Origin: Leucoraja erinacea
Lineage: Eukaryota
NCBI RefSeq assembly: GCF_028641065.1
Contig: NC_073399.1
Coordinates: forward strand, 19,096,001-19,160,000
Length of the DNA: 64,000 nucleotides
Reading direction: 5' to 3'
Below the pieces are notes generated by a model. The model did not search any database and was not told where the DNA came from. It was given only the letters and a program-made list of their open reading frames with translations. The translations under genes were made by a program, and so were the position numbers. This document shows, piece after piece, positions 26,601 through 38,357 of the stretch (positions are counted from its first letter, which is position 1; every line of letters begins with the position of its first letter).

Positions 26601-29600
26601 GCATTGATGCAGGGCTCAAGTGAGACCGCACCTGAATTATTGTGGATAGGTCTGTTCTCACTGACGAAAGATGAATACACATGCAATAGAGCGAGCACAG
26701 CAAAGATTGAATCCTGGGAATGGGTTTGTCATCTGAAGAGAGGTTATGCAAACTTGGAGAATAGGGTGTCATCTTATTGAAATATGCAGTATATTGTTTT
26801 ACAAAGCATTATAGAGTTCATGCAGGAATGATGTTTCCCCTGCTTTGAAATTCAAGAACCAGAGGTCACAATCTCAAAATATGCAATTGGCTACTCAGTA
26901 CTGAGAGATGAAGGGGGCTCATCAGCAGAGTAGGCATGAAAATGGGATATTCTTGCTTGTGTTCCTTCTGCAAGAGTAGTCTGTAGATGATGCACACTGC
27001 ATCTGTCTTGCACTTCCAGTGGAGGGAATGGATGTTTAGGGTGATGAGAGGGGCAATGCCAGTCAGGGATTTGCTTTGTTCTGAATGGTGTTGGTTGTCT
27101 TGAGTTGCTGGCACTGTACTCATCCAGGCCAATGGAGGATATTTCATCATGCTTCTGGTAAAACCACGTTGTTGTTTCTTGACATCACAAAGGGCATATC
27201 GATTTGTCTGATGACTCATTGCTTTCTGTGGCGGTGGGGGTCTCGGGATTTTTGGGAGGAACTGAGGGGGAAAACCACTCAGCACTTGTGGCTGCGCACG
27301 TTTGCCAATGCTTCAGCACACCTTTAGCAACCTGCCACCGTTGAAGCAATCATTGCCAATTCCTCCCATCCGTCTACTTAATTGTCTACCACCATTCATG
27401 ACTGTACTTAGCAGAACTATAGATGTTTGACCTGATCCATTGGTGTAGGATTGCTTAGCCCTGTTAACTAGATGGCGTGTTTGCTGTTTTGCACACGTCC
27501 TTTGCTGCATCTTCACCAGGTTGACTTATTATTACTAGGTACACCTGATGCCATGCCCTCAGCACCCCTCACTGAACTAGGATTAGTGCCCTAGTTTGAT
27601 CTTTTATCTGTAACTTCATGGACCTACTCCACTATATTTTATTACCGCACTATATTAAATTGCGATGTTTAAATGTGATATTCATCTTCTCTGGGGAAAG
27701 AGAGAGAATAGGTTTGACAACAATAGCAAGCATAGATACGCTATCTAGCTATAGACCTCAATCGCATTCCCTAGGTGCACTGGAGCACTGATATGCCTAT
27801 CACTGGCGTGCATTCGCCCATTTTGCTGTCACATCCTAAAGTCAAAACAGCACAGAAAAGTGTAAAAGATTTCAAAAGCACCAATTTACCTGTAGGCATC
27901 TGTTGCCCTCCATCTCCCGCAGGAAGGGTCATTGGTCCAGGATAAGGGGGCGGTGGCATATAGTTCATTGTACGCTCTGTGGGAGGTGGTCCTGGGTAAA
28001 ATCCCACTGCAGCAATGAAGGAGGTAGGTAAGTAACATATAAACAAGTACATCAGACTCACAGATCCCAGTTCTCCACGTCCCAAAATAAGGAAACCTCC
28101 GCTTCACCGCCATCCACAATCCCAACCCTTCTTAGTCCTGAAATGGAGTTTATGGATTAGGATTGATTCTTGTTCTAAACTGCAGTGATCATTTTAAAAA
28201 GTTGCCTCGGATTTCTTTGCACGAAGAGTTATTGTAAATAGCTGACTAATAGCCCCAGCTTCTGTTAGGTTTAGTGTATTTACTAAATTAGGACCAGTTC
28301 AAACTTGGCCAGGATTCAACCCCCTGCTTTTTGGCAATTAAGAAGAATAAGAAGCGGCACTCAAGAAAACTGGTCCAAGAAATAAGAGATTAAGAGGGAG
28401 AAAAACACAGTGGAACCTGTGAACTTTCATTGCCCCTGATACTTTGCTCAACAGCCATCCTCTGGGTGGGTTTTGGAAGGGTAGGAGCTAACACCTTGTC
28501 ACAGCCAGGTACAATTTTGTCCTGACTCAGTGCAGAACAAGTTATCTAATAAACCCACCAGCAAGAATTTGAGCTGAATTCCACTCTCAGGAGGCACGTG
28601 TTAAATCTATCAGGAGTGAGAAAATGGGACTGAACACAAGCAGAGAAACTGTCTTCCACAACAGTAATTATCAAAGAAAAAGTTGTCCCCATAAACACCA
28701 GTTCTGGGATTGCAATGGTGGGGTGCTCCTTTTCTCGTTTGTTCATTTGCTGCTGGATATTTTGGAGAGATGTGGATAAATAATCAAACTACCTTACATC
28801 CTGGAGCAACATGTTCCACAGTGGAGCAAATCAAGAGAACTTCCGCTCCAAATGTCTAAGCGTTGAACACAGGAAATGCTTATGCAAAAATAGGTGACTG
28901 TACAAGATGGAGAATATAATTAAATTGTTTTTAGCTTTTAGTTTAAACATTAAGGAATTTGCCCATTATAGTCCAGACAGATGTTGAGCAGTTAATAGCA
29001 TTGCAACATCTATTAAAAAAAATCATGAGAATTAATGGACACCAAAGAGAGAACTGGTTACAGGAAAATGGGTGATTCGTGGCATTGCTCTCATAGTTGG
29101 CATATTCTGTGAGCTGAATGCTCCCTTTCTCTGTAAAATGCAAGAAATAATACAATTATCCCTCAAAGGATTCTGGATGTCTTAGTTGAGCAAGGTATCT
29201 CTGAAATAATGATTTGTTCCTTAAACAGATAATATTCAACAGATCAGAAGATGGACACATAGTTAGGACTGATCTGTGACCTTTATTTTCAATGCAGATA
29301 AATGATAGTGTACGAGAGCACAGTTGGAGAACTGAAGAAACAATAATCCTAAAAGTCATTCTGTTTATATTTTGATTCTCCACAGTTCAGTTAGTTACAT
29401 TTAGTTTATAGTCACGGGTACCGAGGTACAGTGAAAAGCTTTTGTTGCGTGCTAACCAGCCATTGCCGTCTATTTGGTCTGTGAATAATCTGATCCATAT
29501 ATTCCCCATCAAGTATCTTGTGTTTACTCAAAGCATATGGTTGATTCATCAAGGCAGTAGGGGGACTGACACAGACCAAATTGTAGCGCTAAAGAACAGT

Positions 29601-32600
29601 TTACCTTTGGAAATATATCAACTCACCTGGAGGTGGGGGCGGGTAAACAAACATGGCAGATGGTGCTGGAGGGTACATTGGCACCTCCATGGGTGGTGCC
29701 ATTACACCTACACTGTTTGGCATGAAGTTGTAGCAGCATACATCTGATTGGACTGTGCCCCTGGAAGCTGTAAGATAATATTGATTCAGGGTTTAATAAA
29801 CAACTGCATGTTTCATAATTGGATTGAAGAATTCTGGATAGAATGCAGTAAGAGATGAGCAAATTGTATTCTCCAGGAAATCTTCTCAAAGAAATATCCA
29901 GTCTATTCTAGTCCCATGTAGCATTTTTAATTTAATAACAAGACAGTGCACTTTTCTTCATGCGACACTTTGAAAGTCTCCACAAATTCCACAGGAATTC
30001 TGCTTTTAATTTAATGAATAAACTCCAAAGTTGCTTCTCCTATAGAAGGCTGCAAACGGATTTGAAAAACAAGTTGTCCAGGCACTAGTCACACTACAAA
30101 TCTCCATGGGCACAAGGTCTATGTGAGCTTTCAAAACACTAAGGCTATTTGCACAGAGGTACTTCAGAATAGCAAGGATTGGTAGTGAATCGGTGGAATT
30201 CGTTGCCACAGAAGGGTGTGGAGGCCAAGCCAATGGATATTTTTAAAGCAGGAGATTGATAGATTCTTGATTAGTATGAGTGTCAGGGGTTATGGAGAGA
30301 AGGCAGGAAAATGGGGTGGAGGGGGAAAGATAGATCAGCGACAATTGAATGACAGAGTAGCCTTGATTGGCCGAATGGTCTAATTCTGCTCCAATAATTT
30401 ATGAACATGAATTTCAACTTATTTTTTATAATATTTCAGGAACTATTATAATCATTCACATCTGCTTCTTTTTTTTAGTGCTCTGTTAAGTTTTGAAATC
30501 AAAGTTGTTCTTTTCCATCCTAGTTTGCTGTATGTGAGTGATTCAACCATCTGCATAGCCAGCCTGTTGACCACACAGTTGCAGGAATGAATGCATTGGA
30601 GCAGAGGTTAGTGACAAGCTGCAGCCTCACCAATGACCATACTAACTGGCCCACTGTCTGCTGAAACCTATTGACTCATGATCTTCTGATTCAGGGGTGT
30701 AAGCCACAGCTGACAGGCAAATTACAAGGAGTGGATCCTCCAGATTGTTGCCCAGCTGTTGGAAACATGGCATAGCAAGGGGCAACAGTTTTGAAGCATA
30801 CCAAGAGACAAGACATAGAGAAGGAAAGCACAAACCACCAAGTGGGAGAAGGGCTTAAAGACAATGAGTGAGGAGGCTCAAATCTGCAAAATGAGAAGAG
30901 AAGCTGTACCCTGTTGAGCTGTCTGTAACATCAGCTGGCCAAATTCGATGGCTCCTCCGTTGATGAAGGTAAGTTTAAAGGTCGCACAACCTTGCCATCC
31001 TCCTGTGGAGAGAAAAGGGGTTAGAATTCAATTTTATTCTTAAAAAGGCATGAAGAGCTGGAGTAACTCAGCAGGTCAATAAGCATCTCTGGAGAGCATA
31101 GATAGGCAAGTCCAATCTGAAATATCACCTATTCATGTTATCCAGAGATGCTGCCTGATCCGCTGAGTTACTCCAGCACTCTATGTCTTTTTTTGTAAAT
31201 GAACAGCTGCAGTTCCATGTTTCTCCATTTTATTCTTCACATATCTCTATCAACTCCCAACAGATTCCACAACCATATATGCACTTAACTTACTACCAAT
31301 TAACTTACTAACCCGCACTTCTTTAGGAAATGGGAAGAAATCCCCATTAGCCGCTTGACATTTGCATGCTGCCGCATAATAACATTACTCAAAGTCACTG
31401 GCCAGGTGCAATCTGTACATTACTAACACAGAACTCTATTGCTCCTCCACTGCTTCCATGTTATCAACCTGCTGATCCATATTCTTCCCAATAAACACTG
31501 ATATCTGTTGTTTGTCCCTCACTTGCTTCTATTAGTTGTAAGTAAACAAGGTAAATGACAATAAGCAAGGTTTCTCCCCAAATGCTTGCACAACTGATTC
31601 TTGTTACCCTTGCTCACCATTTGGCTCGGCATTGATGGTGCCTTTGATGTAGTTTGCCCCAAGGACTGGTTGTTTAATCTCGCATCCATTCATCAAGTAA
31701 AACGGCATTGTGAATGATTTCAGTGCTTCTCTGCTATCTTTTGCCACAAAGATTAGCTGCCAAAAAACAGAGACACAAGATGCCTTGGCTTAGGATACGA
31801 GGAGCATGACAATAAATGCAGAAAATGAGAGTCCTAGCCTGTCACAGCTTGGTGGATCACCTTACAAATAGAACTGAGCTTCCTGCAGACATACACATGG
31901 GTCTCTAGCCAGGGGTCAGAGTTACACAGTACGGTATCAGCACAGAGCAGTCTGTGCTGGGGTCCCGGTATCAGCACACACTCTGTTGGTGGGGTTACAG
32001 TGTCAGCAAAGACCAGGTCTTTGCCTGGAGTTAGGGTTCTGGTATCAGCACTTGCCACTGAGCTTTGGGCCTCTGCTTGGGGGAGGGGGTTGCCGGTGTG
32101 AGTACAGACCCAGTCTCTGCTGGGAGCTGGGGTCCTGGTGACAGCACAAACCATTCTGCTCAGTGGGGGGGGGTCCTAGTATCAGCACAGACCCAATCTC
32201 TGCTGGGCGCTGGGTCTCTGATGGAGTTGGGCATTAGTACAGGTCAGTTGCTGTCAGGGATGAGGTTCTAGTAAAGGCAGACCCGTGTCTGCTGGGGTGT
32301 GCGTCCGGGATTCAGCACAGTCACTGCTGATGGGGTCCTGATAACAGCAGCGACCTAGTCTCTGCCAGGAGATGGATTGCATGTGTCAGCACAAACTAGT
32401 TATTGTTCAAAGTGGTGTCCTGATATCAGAACAGACCCGTCTTTTTTGGCCGCCCGTGGGTCCCTGATGGAGGTGTGGTCCCAGTGTTAAGGCTAGTCTC
32501 TGACAGGGGTTGGAGTGCAAGCATAGACCAGTTATTGTTCAGTTGGGGTTCTGGCATCAGCACAGACCTACTCTGCAGGGCACTGGGGTGGTGTCCCAGC

Positions 32601-35600
32601 ATTATTGATAGTCTGACAGGGATGGGGTTCCTGAATCAGCTAATCAATGACAGTTCTAATAACCTGCAGACTTTTTCATGACTTCACAAACTGGAATCAT
32701 TAACTTTGTTTCTCTGCTGATGCTGCCTGACCAAATGAATATTTCCTGTTGAATTTCATCTTTCCACCGTTTAGCTTTGCCACATCACGTACTTGGTAGG
32801 ACATCAGGTAAATAGTTCCCTTCCTTGAGCCTCTGAAAGCTTCCACATTGTTGCCGACGTCAGTGAACGACAGCTCCACATGATCCTGTGACATCAACAC
32901 ACTGCAGGCACAGGAAACAGGCAACATCAGACTCGGACAGGGACACCAGCTTCTTCAAATGCCTGCCACCACTTTGTTTTCCTGCCATAAGCTCGTTGCT
33001 TTTCGAAGACAACATAAGAAATACTCTTTACATGTGTAAAATTGGCATAGATAATGCCCACTGGTCCAAAGAAAATAATTTTACATGTGTGAATTGTTAT
33101 CCCTCACATAAATACTTCAAAACATAATAGATATTATACTCAAAAAATAGATTAATGTGTATTTTAAAAATCTACCTAAATTAGATAAATATTTTGTACT
33201 GAATGCACGCTTTTTCCTTCCTTTTTGGTCTCCTAATGTACAATTTTGGTCTCCTAATGTACAGTTTAGGTCTTCTAATCTGAGGAAAGACATTCTTGCC
33301 ATAGAGGGAGTACAGAGAAGGTTCACCAGACTGATTCCTGGGATGTCAGGACTTTCATATGAAGAAAGACTGGATATACTCGGCTTGTACTCGTTAGAAT
33401 TTAGAAGATTGAGGGGGGATCTTATAGAAACGTACAAAATTCTTAAGGGGTTGGACAAGCTAGATGCAGGAAGATTGTTCCCAATGTTGGGGAAGTCCAG
33501 AACAAGGGGTCACAGTTTAAGGGTAAGGGGGAAATCTTTTAGGACCAAGATGAGAAAAACATTTTTCACACAGTGAGTGGTGAATCTCTGGAATTCTCTG
33601 CCACAGAAGGTAGTTGAGGCCAGTTCATTAGCTATATTTAAGAGGGAGTTAGATGTGGCCCTTGTGGCTAAAGGGATCAGGGGGTATGGAGAGAAGGCAG
33701 GTACGGGATACTGAGTTGGATGATCAGCCATGATCATATTGAATGGCGGTGCAGGCTCGAAGGGCTGAATGGCCTACTCCTGCACCTAATTTCTATGTTT
33801 CTATGTTTATCACAACAGGCCCTTCAGCCTTCCTGGTGACATGATTGTTGTTGGACATGGTGACTTCACACCCCTACCCTTGGGCTGCTGCCTGACAGAA
33901 ATTTACACTGGGAAATGGGAAAAGATCCTCGAGAGCTAACAAGGGTAGCAACAGATCATTGCTGCCTGCAAGTTCCAGGCTGTTTGCCGAGAGTGTGGGG
34001 CAGCAGCAGCACAGTTAGAAGACCCACAATCTAACAGCTAACAAGACCCAGGTTCAACTTCGATCTTTGGTGCTGTCTGCATGTTCTCCCTGCGATTGTG
34101 TGAGTTTCCTTTGGGTGCTCCAGTCTCCTCACACATCCTGAAGACATGTGGGTCGGTGGATTGATTGGCCACAATGTGCAGTTGAATGGTAGAATCTGTA
34201 GGAGTTGATGAGAATGTGTAGGGAAATGGAAACAAAATGCTGGAGTAATTCGGTGGGTCCGGTAGCATCTCTGAAAAACGTGGATGGTGAAATTTCAGAT
34301 TGGGCCCCTTCTTTAGTCCCTATCCAAAACGTCACGTATCCATGTTCTCCAGAGATGCTGCCTGACCTGCTGAGTTACGTATGTCTATCTTTGATATAAA
34401 CCAGCATCAGCAGTTCCTTTTTATTATTAAAAAATGGCATTGGTGTAGGATGGGTTGTTACTGGTGAGCATGGATTCAGTTTTTTTGACTGGCCGGTTTC
34501 CATGTCGTGTGACTTTTTGCTTACTGTTACCATCATTGGTGACAGCTGGGTGTAAAGTTAGTACAAGGAATTACATAAACAGTTATTACTGGAATTCCTC
34601 ACAGCAGATTGTAGCTACACACCATATATAAGGTTTATATGAACTTATAGACCATATAATTCTATACGTATAGCAGACATATGGTCACCCTGCTATAAGA
34701 TCAGTAAACAAACTGGAAAGGGTGCAAAAAAGGTTTACAAATAGGTTACTGGGTCTGGAGGGTTTCACTTCTGGAGAGGCTGGTTCTTTTTTTCCCTTGA
34801 GGCTAGGATGCTGGGTTAGCAACCTAATAGAGGTATATAAAACCATAAAGGGCATTCTCAAGGTGAATAGCCACAGTCTTTTTCCCTGGGTAGAGGAGTC
34901 TAAAGTAGAGGGCACAGGTTTAAGGAAAGAGGAGAAAGGTTTAAAAGGGACCTGAAGGCAATCTTTTCACACTGCAGGGAATGCAGACGTGGAACGAGTT
35001 CCCAAAGTGGTAAAGGCAGGTACGTTTAAAAGACACTCTGACAAGTATCTGGATAGGAAAGATTTGGAAGGATATGGACCAGGAGGTGACAAGTGTAACC
35101 AGCTGGACTATGCGACTTGGTGGGCAAAGGTGAAAGAGTTAAGCTGAAGGGTCTGATTCTATGCTATATAGATATGACTCTACATGGGAAGAGACTGGTT
35201 TCTCTTAGCATAACGAATAAAAACAGGGATTTAAAACGTGGGATAAAAGGATTCGAGGAGTGATGAGTGAACATTTTTCACCCAAAGGGTGGTAGAGGTC
35301 TGGACTTTGCTGCCTCTGCGGGTAGGAGAGGCAGAGACCCCACCCCCATCACATTTAGACAGCACCTGCACATGTCCTTGAATTGTGTGCGGCAGGGCCG
35401 AAAAATCGGGAAAGGTGGACAGCATGAGCACGATGGGCAGAACTGCCTCCTCCCGTGCGGGGGTTGTCCATACTGCCGAAGGAGGGTGGAGCGGGGCGGG
35501 GGAGGAGGCGGTCGAGGTAGGGCTCGGGGAGGTGGGTGCAGCGGCGGACCAGGTGTCAGGTAGATACTAGAGCACAGATACTCCGCTGTATGATCATTGG

Positions 35601-35859
35601 TGTCAGGGGCCTGGAGGAGGGATGGGCAGGGGGGAGGGGAGCCGGTGGATGGATGGTCGGGGGAGGGCCCAGGAGGGGACGAGGCGGAGCTGTCGGCCTC
35701 ACCCGTCACCGTTATCCATTATCATTGACCTCAGCATCACTAAAATGAAGAACCTAAGCACAGAATCAGTTACAAGCGCGGCCCGGCCGACGCTCCCCGG
35801 CTCCGCTGCTGAGATACGTACCTACCGCGGCCTACATCGGCCGCTCCGTTCAGCGCCAT
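23694..35859 (-). CDS. WBP2: WW domain-binding protein 2 (GRAM-like N-terminal domain plus Pro/Tyr-rich tail), ~256 aa (273 aa with the optional 51-nt exon)
   Basis: GT-AG exons in consistent phase: 35859-35822 ([12 protein letters not shown]), optional 35753-35703, 32901-32793 ([12 protein letters not shown]...[10 protein letters not shown]), 31756-31618 ([28 protein letters not shown]), 31002-30910 ([23 protein letters not shown]), 29767-29627, 28006-27890 (GFYPGPP...MPPPPYPGP), 26281-26205, and probable last exon 23750-23694 ([18 protein letters not shown]). Matches recalled WBP2 sequence. ATP5PD/KCTD2 neighbours favour WBP2 over WBP2NL. The last exon is the least certain. Confidence 0.88.
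26960..27600 (-). mobile_element. Degenerate second CR1-type LINE family fragment (related copy at ~46960-47400, plus)
   Basis: Remnant peptides [11 protein letters not shown]...LNIHSLH...AVCIIYR shared between the two loci. Confidence 0.55.
31890..32640. repeat. Degenerate ~35-40-bp minisatellite array in a WBP2 intron
   Basis: Roughly 15 diverged units resembling GGGGTCCTGGTATCAGCACAGACCCAGTCTCTGCTG. Confidence 0.75.
33222..33808 (+). mobile_element. CR1 3' fragment
   Basis: [28 protein letters not shown] with a 21-bp tandem repeat at the 5' junction, and the CR1 tail. Confidence 0.9.
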
Positions 35860-36873
35860 CGCTCGCTCGCTCGCTTCGCCCGCCGTGGGAGCACCGCTGG
35901 GAACGCGGCGTCACCCTCTTAAAGGGGCAGTCCCGCTCCGCCCGTCCTCCGACTGCAACCCCGCCTCTTAAAGGAACGCCACTCTTCTTTCCATCTCCAT
36001 CCACACTCAGTCTTCCCATGATTGCCCGTGCGACAGATTCCGAAAGGGCTAGAGAAAGAGTGGATTTAATTTGTTTATTATATGTTATCGGTGTGCATTG
36101 TGTTTACAGGCCTAGTAATGCTGCATGTAAGAATTGCATTGTTCCGTTGTCGATTAAATACTATTACTCTTCAAATTCTTCAACTCTTCAAATATGTCAA
36201 TTAAATACTTTTAACTCTTCAAATTCTTACTTGCTGCACCATAACAGCCCGTAAACACAAACACGTAAATAAAACACAATAAACAAAAAAGCAATAACCC
36301 TAATACAGTTTAAAAAAAAACCCGAAGTGCATAGTGCATACAAAGACAGTCCACAGTTCACAGTTAAGATTAGTGTTGTGCAGTGTTGAAGAACCTGATG
36401 GGTGTTGGGAAGAAGCCATTCTTGTACCTTGTGGTCACTTTTTTCAGACCTACACCTTCTTCGCAATTGTAGGAATGAAATAAGAGCATAGCTGGGGCGG
36501 TGTGGGTCTTTGATGACACTGGGTGCCTTTTTGTGGCAGGGACAACATTTCAAGTTGAGGCCCTTCTTGGGGTAGGGGGGAAGGCATAAAAACATAAAAA
36601 AAAAAACTAAATGCTCCTTCAGACCTGCTGTTATTAATCAAGGTCATGATATTCCACCTCAATGCCAGTTTTCTCCACTTTCCCCAAATCTACTATTTGT
36701 GACTTTGAATAACTCCAAATGACTGAATCTCCAAAACTCTAAAATATTCCAAAGATTGACAATCCTCAGCATGAGGAAGTTTCTCCTCCTCTGTTTTGAA
36801 CAGACTACCTTTGATTCTGAGACCCTGAGCCTAGTTCTCAACACAATATACTGTAATAACTCAGTGGAATATG

Positions 36874-37014
36874 CACAAAAAGCTGGAGTAACACAGCGGG
36901 ACAGGCAGCATCTCTGGAGAGAAGGAATGGGTGATGTTTCGGGTTGAGACCCTTCACCCATTCCTTCTCTCCAGAGATGCTGCCTGTCCTGCTGAGTTAC
37001 TCCAGCTTTTTGTG
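36874..37014. repeat. Penelope pseudo-LTR palindrome (61-bp arms, 19-nt spacer)
   Basis: 36874-36934 and 36954-37014 are reverse complements with about 2 mismatches. Confidence 0.85.
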
Positions 37015-37221
37015 TCTATCTTCGGTTTAAACCAGCATCTGCAATTCTTTCCTGTACATAATAACTTAGTGGGTCAGGCAGCATCTGTGGAGGGAATGGA
37101 TATGCAATGTTTCAGGTTGGAACCCTTATCAGATTGGAGGAGAATTTCTTCAAAGTAGTCAGATATTAAGATTTTGCAGTGGAACATTAAAATGGGGACG
37201 CAATGAAATGCAGGTACTGCA

Positions 37222-38357
37222 GTCAGCATGGATTTACGAAGGGGAAATCATGCTCGACTAATCTTCTGGAATTTTTTGAGGATGTAACTAGGAAAATGGT
37301 TGGCAGACAGGAAACAAAGAGTCGGGATTAACGGGTCCCTTTCAGAATAGCAGGCAGTGACTAGTGAGGTACCGCAAGGCTCGGTGCTGGGACCACAGCT
37401 ATTTGCAATATACATCAATGATTTAGATGATGGGATTCAAAGTAACATTAGCAAATTTGGAGATGACACAAAGCTGGGTGGCAGTGTGAACTGTGAGAAG
37501 GATGCTATGAGAATGCAGGGTGACTTGGACAGGTTGGGTGAGTTGGCAGATGCATGGCAGATGCAGTTTAATGTGGATAAATGTGAGGTTATCCACTTTG
37601 GTAGCAAAAACAGAAAGGCAGATTATTATCTAAATAGTGTCAAGTTGGGAAAAGGGGAAATACAACGGGATCTGGGGTCCTTGTTCACCAGTCAATGAAA
37701 GTAAGCATGCAGGCACAGCAGGCAGTGAAGAAAGCGAATGGCATGTTGGCCTTCATAACAAGAGTAGTTGAGTATAGGAGCAAAGAGGTCCTTCTGCAGT
37801 TGTATAGGGCCCTAATGAGACCACACCTGGAGTAGCGTGTGCAGTTTTGGTCATCTAATTTGAGGAAGGACATTATTGCTATTGAGGGAGTGCAGCTTAG
37901 GTTTACAAGGTTAATTCCCAGGATGGCGGGACTGTCATATGCTGAGAGAATGGAGCTGCTGGGCTTGTATACTCTGGAGTTTAGTAGGATGAGGGGGGAT
38001 CTTATTGAAACATACAAGATTATTAAGGGTTTGGACACGCTAGAGGCAGGAAACATGTTCCCGATGTTGGGGGAGCCCAGAACCAGGGGCCTAAGAATAA
38101 GGGGCAAGACATTTAGAACAGAGACAAGAAAACACTTTTTCACACAGTTGTGAGTCTGTGGAATTCTCTGCCTCAGAGGGCGGTTCTCTGGATACTTTCA
38201 AGAGAGAGCTAGATAGGGCTCTTAAAGATAGTGGAGTCAGGGGATATGGGGAGAAGGCAGGAACGGGGTACTGATTGGGGATGATCAGCCATGATCACAT
38301 TGAATGGCGGTGCTGGCTCGAAGGGCCGAATGGCCGACTCCTGCACCTATTGTCTAT
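37222..38357 (+). mobile_element. CR1 RT/3' fragment with internal deletions
   Basis: VPQGSVLGPQLF, FGDDTKL, and the CR1 3' UTR. Confidence 0.9.

Noticed and set aside
31890-32640. CRISPR-like repeat-spacer array
   Set aside because: Eukaryotic intron, degenerate tandem units, no unique spacers and no cas genes.
35278-36254. 143-aa and 210-aa ORFs around the WBP2 promoter
   Set aside because: Low-complexity products of a CpG island plus repeat sequence.
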